The notes: a model not told the origin generated them from the sequence alone. Positions 48,135 through 57,862 are shown, counted from the first letter of the stretch. The stretch: 64,000 nucleotides of DNA from Acidobacteriota bacterium (GCA_046727855.1 JBKPDL010000036.1:65-64064), one strand, 5' to 3'. Numbers and translations are program-made.

Positions 48135-51100
48135 ATGGCACGGCGCGCTGTGCATCACGTCTTGGTTTTCGTATCACTGCTGATCGTCCCGGCCGTTGCG
48201 GCCGCGCAGGACTCCCGCGGTGCCATCACCGGCCGCGTCGCCGACGCGCAAGGCGGTGTACTACCGGTGTCACCGTCACCATCGTCAACACCGGCACCAA
48301 TTCCACAACCACTACTGTCAGCAATGACACCGGCCAGTACAGCGCGTTGTTCCTGATTCCGGGCACCTATCGCGTGACCGTTGAATTGAGCGGCTTTCGG
48401 ACCGCGGTCAACGAACGCGTCGTGGTGAGCGTCGGAGATCGTCTGCAGCTCGACTTCACGCTCGAGCCCGCTGGCCTCAGCGAATCCGTTCAAGTTGTCG
48501 CTGAAACGCCGCAGCTCGAGACCGGCACCGCGTCGATGGGGCAAGTCATCAACAGCAAGTTGATCAGCGAGATCCCGCTCGGCGATGGCACCGCCTACGG
48601 ACTGACGCGTCTCGTGCCCGGCGCCACGTTCGAGCGGTCGTACGCGCTGCAACGCCCCATGGACAATGACAACCTGCGCGGGCTGTCGGTGACAGGAACG
48701 ATCAACAGCGAGTTCACTATCGACGGATCGAGCAACGTCGTGTCACAGGCCCGCGTCGGCATTCAGCCGCCGTCGGACGCCATCGAAGAGTTCAAGGTCG
48801 AAACGGTCGTCTATGACGCGCAGATTGGCCATACCGGCGCCGGCAACGTCAACCTTGCCCTCAAGAGCGGCACCAACCAGTGGCACGGCGCGGCCACGTA
48901 CAACAACCGCGACGATTCCCGTTCGGCGAATCTGTTTGCCTCGAATCGTTCGGGAACTGGCAAACAGCCGCGCAACTACAACCGCGGCAGCGCGACACTG
49001 ACGGGACCGATCTTCAAGAACCGCACGTTCTTCATGTTTTCGTACGAGCGGCTCCAGGACGACGCGGTCGAGGCCGTGACGCACTCCGTGCCGACGATGG
49101 CGATGCGCTCGGGCGATTTCTCCGAGTTGCTGCGCATGGGGGTGCAGATTTACGACCCGACCACCGCGCGGCTCGTCAACGGCGTCGTCGTGCGCGAGCC
49201 GTTCCCCGGCAACATCATCCCGTCCAACTTCATCAACCCGATTGCGGCCAACGTGCTGAAATACTTTCCGCCGCCCAATCAAGCGGGTGCGGCCGACTTA
49301 TCGGAGAACTATTTCTTCGAGCAGCCCTGGACCTACGCGTACAACCTGCAGCTCACGCGTATCGATCACGAGTGGGCATCGAGCCAGCGTACTTACGGCC
49401 GCTTCATTCGCAACTTCCGACGCGAAGAGCGCTACAACTACGCCGGCGAGCAGAACGGCGTCGAGATTACACGCGGCGCGACCGATCGCTTCAACTACAA
49501 CTACGCCGTGGGACACACCGCGGTACTCTCACCATCGACCGTGCTCGACGTGAAGGGCAGCTGGCTGCGCTTCAACGACGATCTGTTTCCGCTCTACGAG
49601 ATCGATCCGGCGACGCTCGGCTATTCGTCGTCCACAGCGGCGCTCTTCCGCGGATTCCGGCAGCTCCCGCGCTACAGCATCGAGTCGAGCTCGCCCACGG
49701 TCGCCGGCCGCGTGGCCACACTCGGCGCGCAGCAGAGCGGCTTCAACAGCGGCCGCAATCAGCCGTTTTACAACGTGCAATTCTCCGGCACGCTCACCAA
49801 GACGATGGGCGCGCACACGATGAAAATGGGATACGACTGGCGCACGCTGCGGCAGAAGGAAGTGAACAACGGTTGGCAGGCAGGCGCGTATCAGTTTGAC
49901 GGCACCTATACGCGCGCATCGAGCACCGGGACCAGCCAATACGGGCAGGGCATCGCGGCGTTCGTGCTCGGCCTCCCGTCGAACAACTCGTTCATCGAGA
50001 CCCGTGCGCCGTACGACGTCGCCGTCGTCGGTCACGGACTGTTCGTGCACGACGACTGGCGCGTGTCGGATCGTCTGACGCTGAATCTCGGGTTGCGCTA
50101 CGACCTCGAGCTCGGCATGACGGAAGCCGAGCACCGCAACGTCGGCCCGTTCGACACCACCTCGCCGAATCCGATCGAGGCACAGGCGCAGGCGCAGTTT
50201 GCGGCCAATCCCCCGGCTGGTGTGCCGCTCTCGGCGTCGCAGTTCCGAGTGCTGGGCGGTTACACCCATCTGTCCGACGCGCAGCCGCGCGTGTGGGACG
50301 CCGACAGCAACAATATCCAGCCGCGTGCCGGCGTGACGTTCAAGCTGACCGATACCGCGGTGCTCCGCGGCGGCGCCGGACTGTTCATCGCGCCGTTCCA
50401 GCTGCAAGGCGTACCGGGCATCAACACCGCCATCAATCAGCTCGGGTATTCGCGAAACACGCCGGTGCCGGTGTCCTCCGACAGCGGGCTGACGTTTGGC
50501 GCGAATCTCAGTAATCCCGTGCCGAGCGGCACGCTGCTCGCACCCGTCGGCTCCGCGCTCGGCCTGCGCACGAACCTGGGCAACGCGCCGGGGAATGTCT
50601 TTCCGGCCGATCGCGTGAACGGCGAATACTGGCGCTACAGCGCGGGCGTCGAAAAGCAATTCCCAGCCGGATTCCTCGTCGAGCTCTCCTACATCGGGCA
50701 GAAGGGCAACAACGTGCCGATTCTCGAGACGCTCAACTTCGTGCCGCAGCAGTACCGCACGGCAAGTCCCATCCGCGACGCCACAGCGGAGTTGTTCCTG
50801 AGTCAGCTCGTTGCCAATCCGTTGCAGGGTCTCACGCCAGAGGCGCCTGCCAGCAACGGCGCCACTATCGCGCGCCGTCGTCTGCTCTATCAGTTCCCGC
50901 AGTTCGAAGCGAGCGCCATCTGCACCGGCAACGGCACGTTCTGTATGGAAACTTCGCGCGGCTCGAACATCTATCACGGCGCGATCGTGCGCGTCGACAA
51001 GCGCTTCACCCAAGGCTTCATGTTGATGACGTCGTACACGTGGTCGCGGCTGCGTGAGGACGTGACGCCGCTCAATCCGTGGGAAGCGCCGGAGCACCGC

Positions 51101-51751
51101 GTCGGCGCCACCGATCGGCCGCACCGCGTCACGCTCGCCAGCGTGACCGAGCTGCCGTTTGGCCGCGATCACCGCTTCGGCACCAACTGGAACACGCTCA
51201 TCGATTCCATTCTCGGCGGCTGGCAGTTCAGCGCGAAGTACGAGTGGCAGACGGGCCAGCCGCTCGTCTTCAACAACAATACCTACTACGACCCCGCGTG
51301 CGGCGATCCGCGCGAGCTCAAATCACAGTGGGGCAAAGAGTCGAACGGCGCTGTGCGCGGCGTGGACGTGCCGATCCTCGACGTGTCCTGCTTCTACACT
51401 CTGAACCGGCAGCCGTTCGTCAACGCCGCGGGCCAGCCGATCACGTTTACGGCGACCGAGATTCAGCTCGGTCAGTCAAACCTGCGGACCTTCCCGACTA
51501 CGCTGCCGGATGTGCGGTTCATGAACCACCACCTCCTCGATCTCGGGCTGACCAAGACCTTCCGCGTCCGCGAGCGGGTCCGCGTACAAGTCCGTATCGA
51601 GGCGCTCAACGCCACCAACTACACCCTCTTCGGCTCGGGCTTTATGGTGCTGACGCCGACCAGCGCATCGTTCATGAAGTTGAACAACATCGATTCGAGC
51701 ACTGTGATGAAGCCGCGCGACATTCAGATCGGCGCAAGGGTGACATTCTGA
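48135..51751 (+). pseudogene. TonB-dependent receptor (carboxypeptidase-regulatory-like domain + plug + barrel) with a 1-nt frameshift; pseudogene or homopolymer sequencing error
   Basis: ATG 48135 (GGAGGA at 48123-48128), signal MARRAVHHVLVFVSLLIVPAVAAAQ. ORFs 48024..48356 and 48347..51751 are two halves of one gene. Adding one G to CCGG at 48264-48267 gives AQGGVLPGVTVTIVNTGTNSTTTTVSNDTGQYSALFLIPGTYRVTVELSGF. C-terminus ...IQIGARVTF. Confidence 0.8.
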
Positions 51752-51804
51752 AGAACTTGAGCGCGTAACAAAACCAGCATAGTGGGCGGCATGGACGCCT
51801 TTCG

Positions 51805-51987
51805 TTGGGCGCAGTAACGTCAACGTTTTATGGCCGCCGGCTTAGGCCGCGGTGGCTCGTGGAGCGGACGTTTGCCTGGCTCAATCAGTTTCGCCGTCTG
51901 CGCGTGCGGTATGACAAGCGGGCCGACATTCGCGAGGCATTCCTCTCGCTGGGATGCGCGCTGATTTGTTGGAGTCGCTGCGCATGA
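51805..51987 (+). pseudogene. IS5-family (DDE_Tnp_1) transposase C-terminal remnant
   Basis: RPRWLVERTFAWLNQFRRLRVRYDKRADIREAFLSLGCALICW is the conserved extreme C-terminus of IS5/IS1182-type transposases. The upstream ~250 codons are absent. Confidence 0.75.
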
Positions 51988-52130
51988 CGTGGAGAATCGC
52001 CTGAGCCGCTGCCCATATTCTCCGGCGTCGATCGCCAGGTCGCCGTTTTCCTGCAGTAATCGCGTCCGCATGATATGTGTAGCTCGCACAGATGCACCTG
52101 GACGTGAATGCCGCGGCAGACCGATCGTTT

Positions 52131-52805
52131 TCAGTCGTGCAGAACGACGCTGAGCAGGGCTGTGCGGATGACGAGTTCCCCGTTGTAGGTGATGAACCCA
52201 AGGGCGCGAAACTTGTTCATGAAGAAGTTGATGCGCGGCCGCGTGGTCCCGACCATCTCCGCAAGCGTCTCCTGCGACACAGCAGGGAGCACCCATGCGT
52301 CGCCTTCGGCCCGTCCGTAACGCGCCATCAACATCAACGCCCGGGCGAATCGCTTTTCTGCGGGGTTGAAGAGCCGATCGATGAGGTCTTCCTCGACACG
52401 GATGCTTCTGGTCAGGATGTAGGCGATGAAGCGTTGCGACAGCGCCGGTTCACGCTGGAGCAGCCTGCGCATGCGCCCGCGTTCAATCGTCAGGATCCGG
52501 CTACCGGCCATTGCGGTCGCGGTGCTCATGCGCACTGTCTGGCCGGCCAGGCATCCCTCGCCGAAGAAATCGCCGCGGCCGAGCGCACCCACGATGGCTT
52601 CCTTGCCCCGCGCCGACACCACGGATAGCTTCACCCGTCCGGCCTGGATGTACATGACTGAGGTCGCCGAGTCGCCCTGTCGGTAAATCCGGTCTCCGGT
52701 CGCGAATTCGGCAACCCGGCTCGCAATGCGGGTGGAATTCAGAAAGCGCTCGACATCGAATGGACCCGCGTGTATTCGCGTTGGCCGCGGTCGGGCCGTC
52801 CCCAT
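52131..52805 (-). CDS. Crp/Fnr-family transcriptional regulator (no N-terminal Cys cluster, so Crp-like)
   Basis: ATG 52805 within ORF 52131..52901. cNMP-binding beta-roll (GDRIYRQGDSATSVMYIQAGRVKL...GDFFGEGCL) and C-terminal HTH (SQETLAEMVGTTRPRINFFMNKF). Confidence 0.85.
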   Translation of the reverse strand: MGTARPRPTRIHAGPFDVERFLNSTRIASRVAEFATGDRIYRQGDSATSVMYIQAGRVKLSVVSARGKEAIVGALGRGDFFGEGCLAGQTVRMSTATAMAGSRILTIERGRMRRLLQREPALSQRFIAYILTRSIRVEEDLIDRLFNPAEKRFARALMLMARYGRAEGDAWVLPAVSQETLAEMVGTTRPRINFFMNKFRALGFITYNGELVIRTALLSVVLHD

Positions 52806-52906
52806 CGAACCGGACTGTATCCCGAACAGGCGCCCTGTCCAAAACAGAACAGCGGCGCAATTGGTCGACCGGCTACTGTGAAGGCGCGCTCGGAGGCGCA
52901 ACCCTG

Positions 52907-53041
52907 ATGATTCTGGTGCTGAGCGTTGGTGTTCTCGTTTTTGGCGTGGCTGCCCTCATGCTCGCGCGAGCCTGCGGTTCAACGCGCTCAGTCGGCCAAC
53001 TGTTGTACGACACCGAGCACCCCGAGGCAGACGACCGCTGA
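52907..53041 (+). CDS. possible 44-aa single-TM small protein
   Basis: MILVLSVGVLVFGVAALMLARACGSTRSVGQLLYDTEHPEADDR. GGAGG lies ~10 nt upstream. Divergent from the Crp-family gene. Support is only ORF + RBS + TM-like composition. Confidence 0.3.
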   Translation: MILVLSVGVLVFGVAALMLARACGSTRSVGQLLYDTEHPEADDR

Positions 53042-53192
53042 GCGACGTGCCTTCGTCTCACTTCTCGCAGCGGCCGCACTGTTTGCAGTTCCTGCCGCGA
53101 ACGCGCACTGAGACCGCACGGTGGTCACTGACGCTTTCAGAAGGACGGCACAACTCACGCACCATGAACAAACGATCACGAAGGAGTTGTCA

Positions 53193-53438
53193 ATGAGCAA
53201 GCCTGTTGCGATCCGCAAGCACGCGATACTGAAGCGGCACTACAGTCGCGCGGTCAAAGCCACACCGCAGTTTCATCAGCTCGATGCAATCGGACGGTGG
53301 GCCGTGCTGCGCCAGCAAGTCGAAGCGGATGCGACGCCGATCGGCGCCACACTGCTGAAGATCATGGACAGCCGCGAGGGGCGCCGGGACGAGGTGCTCA
53401 GTGCGCTCGAAGACGCACGTCAGACCACCGTCCGCTAG
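53193..53438 (+). CDS. hypothetical protein (81 aa)
   Basis: ATG 53193 is preceded by GAAGGAG. MSKPVAIRKHAILKRHYSRAVKATPQFHQLDAIGRWAVLRQQVEAD... No family recognised. Confidence 0.4.
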   Translation: MSKPVAIRKHAILKRHYSRAVKATPQFHQLDAIGRWAVLRQQVEADATPIGATLLKIMDSREGRRDEVLSALEDARQTTVR

Positions 53439-53701
53439 CCCGCAGAACAACGCCGAACGACCTCGTGCCGTGTGCCCACTCCATGAGCCCTGAAGCTTCT
53501 TTGTCCAGATGCACGAACACCTGGCTCAAACGCGGACGGACCGGGGGTCCGGACGAGCAGCACGGCGTTCCTGAGTCGCCGAGGGGCGAGCAACGTTGCG
53601 GCAGGGATTCGTAGTGAAATCGGCGCGACCTACGTCAACGCTCCGCTTGATCCGCGGCGGTTCAAGTTTCTCAAGCATCGTCTCCGTGGCATAGAGAAGC
53701 G

Positions 53702-54049
53702 CTACTTGCGGATATCAAAGCGCCTGATCAGGCCGTCCTCGATCTGGAAAACGTGGCCTGCCTTCTCGTCGAACAATACGTTTCCGTTGAGATCGCGCGC
53801 GGTCACATGAACCTCGACGTAGGCCGTTCCATCCTCGCCGATCGAAAAACCGATTGGCTCCGCGCGTGACTCCATCATTGCCCATTGTCGCGTCCAGTAG
53901 TCGCGGACGCCGTCGTGCCCGCGGACATCTCCCCCCTCCAGCCCATTGGCCCACGTGACGTCCGTGTACATGGTCGCAAGCGCCGCTTCCATGTCGCGGG
54001 CATTGAAACGGTCGTACAAACGCTCGAGAAGTTCTCTGTCGCTGGGCAT
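53702..54049 (-). CDS. NTF2-fold/SnoaL-like (ketosteroid-isomerase-like) protein
   Basis: 115 aa. ELLERLYDRFNARDMEAALATMYTDVTW...RDYWTRQWAMM...HVFQIEDGLIRRFDI is a typical SnoaL_2/DUF4440 pattern. Confidence 0.8.
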   Translation of the reverse strand: MPSDRELLERLYDRFNARDMEAALATMYTDVTWANGLEGGDVRGHDGVRDYWTRQWAMMESRAEPIGFSIGEDGTAYVEVHVTARDLNGNVLFDEKAGHVFQIEDGLIRRFDIRK

Positions 54050-54310
54050 GGCGCGCTCCTTGGGCTTGTCGGACGCTCCCGTTACAAGTCTTCGTAAACG
54101 CCCATTCTTTGCGCAACCTCTTCTCTACATCGAGGTCACCGTTGCGCGCGAGCCAATTCAGGAGCGCGAAGTGCATCAGATCCCAATGCCTACTTGCCGC
54201 CTGACGCGCAAGCGCCGCCAGCACGTCATGCCAGATCCGCAGCCCAGTTCCTTCGGCAACATCTGCCACGGAATCGCGCTGCGAGATGCGGGTTTTGTCA
54301 CGCGCTCTTT

Positions 54311-54336
54311 AGTTCGTCGTTCTCAGTTCGTCGTTC
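54311..54336 (-). repeat. direct repeat (GAACGACGAACT)x2 in sense orientation, GAAC-word family
   Basis: Plus strand AGTTCGTCGTTC at 54311-54322 and 54325-54336. Begins 14 nt after the TAG (54351-54353) of the minus-strand oxidoreductase gene. GAACGACGAAC also occurs in the 541-599 tract. Confidence 0.85.
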
Positions 54337-54350
54337 GCAGCTCGTAGCCC

Positions 54351-55697
54351 CTACGTAAGTCGGATCAGTTCGCTGATCTTGATGGGACGCCGCTTGTCGA
54401 TGCTGTGACGGGCGGCGATGCCAGTCAGACAGGACATCGCCCCTGCCCGTGAGTTCGGCAGCCGCATGTGCTCCACGACGTCGATGTTGCGAAAGACCAA
54501 GTTGCGCAGCACATCGTCTCCGCCGCCGTGGCCGCCGGTCGCCTTCGGGATTTCGACTTTCACGCGCTGCCCGAAGTTGCCGATGACGTGCATCTCGGTT
54601 TCCTCGCCCGGATCCCAGGCCTGGCGCTCGTAGTCGCGGACCTCGAGGCGGCCCTTGGTGCCGTTGAATGCGACCCGATAGCCCTCGATCGGCATGAAGG
54701 TGTTGACCGAGTAGCTCATTTGCACGCCGGTCGAGTAGCGCACGATCGCGTTCATCGTGTCGAAGATGTTGATGTCTTCCTTGAACACGCAGCCGTCGCG
54801 ATGATAGCCGTCGGCCGATTCGCACTCGGCGTAGAGCTCGTAGAGCTGCTTGTCTTTGCGCAAATCCCAGAAGTACTCGCACTGGTTGGTGTGCGGACAT
54901 GAGCGGCAGTTGGTGCTGCGGAAGGGGCCGTTCTTGCCATAAAACGCGAGCCGGCCGTAAGCGGTGACTTCAACGGGATCGGCGTTGAGCCACCAGTTGA
55001 TCAAATCGAAGTGATGCGTCGCTTTGTGCACCCACAACGAGCCGCTGCGCTCGCGCAGCCGGTGCCAGCGCCGGAAGTAGTCGGCGCCGTGAGTGGTGTC
55101 GAGGTACCAGGAGAAATCGACGCCGGTCACCGTGCCGATCTCGCCCGACATCAGGATTTCCTTGATCTTCTGATGCTTCGGCGCGTAGCGATAGTTGAAC
55201 GTGACCACGATCGGCTTCGCCGATGCACGCTCAGCGTCGAGCACCGTCTGGCACTGCTTCTCGTCAATCGTCATCGGCTTTTCCGTGATGACGTTGACCC
55301 CCGCCTTCAGCGCTTTAACGATGCACTCGGCGTGAAACGCGTCTACCGTGGTGACCATGAGATGCGTCGGCTTCGCCTCGGCGATCATCTCGTCGAGATT
55401 GGTGAACGTGGGGCACGACACGCCGATGCGGCGCTTGGCGACTTCGACGCGCAGCGGGTTGATATCGCACAAGCCGACGAAATCCACGACGTCGCCAAAG
55501 CGCTCGGCGATCGGCCGGCCCCACATGCCGATGCCGCGCACGCCGGTGCCGACGATGGCGTAACGTTTTTTCGCAGCGGCCTGTGCCCCCAATAGCGGGC
55601 TCGATGCGGCGAGGGCGCCGACAGTTGCCGCGCCGGTCGTGGAGACAAATTCTCTCCGTGTCACGCCTGGCCTGGGTTCGGTCGAAAGCCCTTCCAT
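54351..55697 (-). CDS. Gfo/Idh/MocA-family oxidoreductase with twin-arginine signal
   Basis: ATG 55697 (GGAGG upstream) within ORF 54351..55727. TRREFVSTTGAATVGALAASSPLLGA TAT leader, YAIVGTGVRGIGMW Rossmann start. Confidence 0.85.
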   Translation of the reverse strand: MEGLSTEPRPGVTRREFVSTTGAATVGALAASSPLLGAQAAAKKRYAIVGTGVRGIGMWGRPIAERFGDVVDFVGLCDINPLRVEVAKRRIGVSCPTFTNLDEMIAEAKPTHLMVTTVDAFHAECIVKALKAGVNVITEKPMTIDEKQCQTVLDAERASAKPIVVTFNYRYAPKHQKIKEILMSGEIGTVTGVDFSWYLDTTHGADYFRRWHRLRERSGSLWVHKATHHFDLINWWLNADPVEVTAYGRLAFYGKNGPFRSTNCRSCPHTNQCEYFWDLRKDKQLYELYAECESADGYHRDGCVFKEDINIFDTMNAIVRYSTGVQMSYSVNTFMPIEGYRVAFNGTKGRLEVRDYERQAWDPGEETEMHVIGNFGQRVKVEIPKATGGHGGGDDVLRNLVFRNIDVVEHMRLPNSRAGAMSCLTGIAARHSIDKRRPIKISELIRLT

Positions 55698-55714
55698 GCC
55701 GTACCTCCGGATAA

Positions 55715-56911
55715 GTGGATATACCACTTTCGGAGTTAGTCTACAGCCAGTTTTTTCGGCACGCGCAGGGGCGCGATGTTACCGAGCGAGGCGGTGTGAA
55801 GCGGGAAACTGACGAGAAGGTCGAGCGCGTTGCACGGGTTGCGCGCGACACCGGCGTGGGAGGCATTCTGCTCACCACCCAGCGCAATGTCGCCTGGCTC
55901 ACCGGCGGCGGCACCACCAGAATTGACGGCAGCCGCGAAACGGGCGCAGGCGCATTGCTGGTGACCGCCGACGCGCGCCGCTTCGCGGTGGCCAATGCGA
56001 TCGAAATGCCGCGGTTGATGGCGGAGGTCGTGGCGGGCTTGTCGTTCGAGCCGATCGAGTATCCGTGGATTGACGATCAGGCCAATCCCGCCGCGCCGGC
56101 CGATATCGCGCGGTCTCTGCTTCCACGAGGCGCGACACTCGGCGCCGACTGGCCGCTGCGCGACACACAACCGAGCGAGACCGCCCTCATGCGTGGGCGT
56201 GTGCCGCTCGTGGACGAAGAGATCGTGCGCTATCGCGCGCTGGGTCGAGATATGGGCGAGCTTCTCGGCACGGCATGCCGTTCGCTGCACCCTGGCGAGA
56301 GTGAAGAACGCATCGCCACGCTGGTATCCGCTCGCATCTGCGAGGCCGGTGCACGGCCGCTCGTGATTCTCGTCGCGGCCGACGATCGGCTCGCACGCTA
56401 TCGGCATCCCGTGCCAACTGCTGCGACGTGGCACGACACGGTCATGGTGGTGGTGTGTGCCGAGCGGCACGGCCTCGTGGTGGCGCTGTCGCGCATCGTG
56501 ACGGCGGGCACGCCGCGCCCCGAGCTGCGCGATCGCACGCGCGCGACGGCACAGGTCTTTGCGCGGCTGCTGCAGGGCACGCGGTCGGGCGTCACCGGCT
56601 CGGATCTGTACGCCATCGCAGCAAACGCGTATGAGGCCGTTGGATTTCGCGGCGAGGAACGAAAGCATCATCAGGGAGGCGCCATCGGGTACCGCTCGCG
56701 GGAGTGGATCGCACATCCCGGCTGCGAAGAGGTTGTCGCGGCGAGGCAGGCGTTCGCCTGGAACCCCAGCATCACCGGGACGAAGGTGGAAGATACGGTC
56801 TTGCTGATCGACGGCGGTTACGAACTGCTCACACCGAGCCCTGGGTGGCCTTCGATCCGCATCGATTTCGATGGCCACGCTCTGCCCGTCGCCGACGTTC
56901 TCTCGCGGTAG
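55715..56911 (+). CDS. M24-family metallopeptidase (Xaa-Pro aminopeptidase/creatinase-like)
   Basis: 398 aa. Creatinase-like N-domain (ILLTTQRNVAWLTGG) and pita-bread C-domain (HHQGGAIGYRSRE...TGTKVEDTVLL). Start codon uncertain. Confidence 0.7.
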   Translation: MDIPLSELVYSQFFRHAQGRDVTERGGVKRETDEKVERVARVARDTGVGGILLTTQRNVAWLTGGGTTRIDGSRETGAGALLVTADARRFAVANAIEMPRLMAEVVAGLSFEPIEYPWIDDQANPAAPADIARSLLPRGATLGADWPLRDTQPSETALMRGRVPLVDEEIVRYRALGRDMGELLGTACRSLHPGESEERIATLVSARICEAGARPLVILVAADDRLARYRHPVPTAATWHDTVMVVVCAERHGLVVALSRIVTAGTPRPELRDRTRATAQVFARLLQGTRSGVTGSDLYAIAANAYEAVGFRGEERKHHQGGAIGYRSREWIAHPGCEEVVAARQAFAWNPSITGTKVEDTVLLIDGGYELLTPSPGWPSIRIDFDGHALPVADVLSR

Positions 56912-56919
56912 CGGAGCTA

Positions 56920-56936
56920 GAACGAAGAACGAAGAA
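56920..56936 (+). repeat. GAACGAAGAACGAAGAA 17-mer, copy 3 of 3
   Basis: Exact reverse complement of 576-592 and 18588-18604. Starts 8 nt after the TAG (56909-56911) of the plus-strand M24 gene and abuts repeat P copy 3. Confidence 0.9.
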
Positions 56937-56990
56937 CTAGCCAAGGGCCGCGGAGTTAGCCGGATATCAAGGGCAGGGCCCTTGGCTAGT
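56936..56990. repeat. palindromic repeat unit P, copy 3 (solo)
   Basis: Identical to 28391-28445. Sits between convergent genes (M24 stop 56911, GntR stop 57003), where it could act as a bidirectional terminator hairpin (13-16 bp stem). Confidence 0.95.
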
Positions 56991-57002
56991 TCTCCAATTC
57001 CT

Positions 57003-57767
57003 TCAACGACGTCCGCGACGCTTCGGCGTGGCGGCGCGAGCACCAGTGTCGCGCTCCTGCGCCGTGTATGCGCTCGAGCGCAAGAGATGCTCGTTCATCG
57101 CCGTGCGCGCGCCGTCGCCGTCGTGCTCGCGAATCGCCCGGTAGATGCGCCGGTGCATGTCGGCGGCGTCGCGCAGATTGCGGTCCGTGGCGCGTTCGGC
57201 GGTTTCCTTCCGCTTTTCGTAGAACAGCCGCGACACCATGTCGACGAGCGACGCGACGATTGGATTCCCCGATGCTGACGCCACGATGCGATGGAAGTTG
57301 ATGTCGTGGACGAGAAAGATCTGCGGTTCGTGCAGCGCGTCGAACATGTTCGTCACTTCCTCGTCGAGCGCGGCAATCTGATCGTTGGTCGCACGTTCGG
57401 CGGCAAGCGCGGCCGCCTCGCTTTCCAGAATCCGGCGCGCTTCGTACATCTCGCCGTGTGTAATCCCGTGCAGCGCCGCGAGAAAACTCAACGGCTCGCT
57501 TCCGAGCGTCGGCGGGCCCGAGGGTATGAAGGTGCCGGAACCGTGGCGCGCCTGCACCACGCCAATCGCGGCAAGCGCGCGCAGGCCGGCGCGAACCGTG
57601 GGACGGCTGACGCCAACGTGCAGCGCCAGGTCGCGCTCCGCCGGCAAGCGATCGCCGGGTTTGAGCGCGCCGCGCTCGATCAGCGCCCGGACGTGCGAGA
57701 CCACCTGCTCGGTGCTACCTTCGGCAACCGGCCCAGCCACCTTTTCACGGGATGCTGATCGCGCCAT
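57003..57767 (-). CDS. GntR-family transcriptional regulator (FadR/FCD subfamily)
   Basis: ATG 57767 (MARSASREK) within ORF 57003..57872. ALKPGDRLPAERDLALHVGVSRPTVRAGLRALAAIGVVQARHGSGTFI wHTH plus an FCD domain. Confidence 0.9.
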   Translation of the reverse strand: MARSASREKVAGPVAEGSTEQVVSHVRALIERGALKPGDRLPAERDLALHVGVSRPTVRAGLRALAAIGVVQARHGSGTFIPSGPPTLGSEPLSFLAALHGITHGEMYEARRILESEAAALAAERATNDQIAALDEEVTNMFDALHEPQIFLVHDINFHRIVASASGNPIVASLVDMVSRLFYEKRKETAERATDRNLRDAADMHRRIYRAIREHDGDGARTAMNEHLLRSSAYTAQERDTGARAATPKRRGRR

Positions 57768-57830
57768 GGCGGTGATTATAGAGCGGTGCTGAATCGTGAA
57801 TTTGGAGATCTCGAGATGTGGAGATTGCGA

Positions 57831-57862
57831 GATTTGGCGATTTGGCGATTTGGCGATTTGGC
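57831..57862. repeat. (GATTTGGC)4 perfect octanucleotide tandem repeat in a divergent promoter region
   Basis: Four exact units. Faced by three CCAAATC (reverse complement) words at 57869, 57880 and 57896. Flanked by GGAGATT (57820) and AATCTCC (57864). Confidence 0.95.

Noticed and set aside
52907-53041. Naming the 44-aa TM ORF as CcoS/FixS (cbb3 oxidase maturation) because of the Crp/Fnr neighbour and a ...GQLLYDTEHP... tail
   Set aside because: The similarity to the CcoS SGQFDDLEGP motif is too weak to assert by eye, and no cco/fix genes are nearby. It is kept only as a low-confidence small ORF.
53715-54269. 184-aa minus-strand ORF overlapping the NTF2-fold gene
   Set aside because: Its C-terminal two-thirds are an out-of-frame read-through of the well-supported 53702..54049 gene. 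Only the N-terminal ~65 codons (54070-54269) look protein-like, so it is treated as a possible gene fragment, not a gene.
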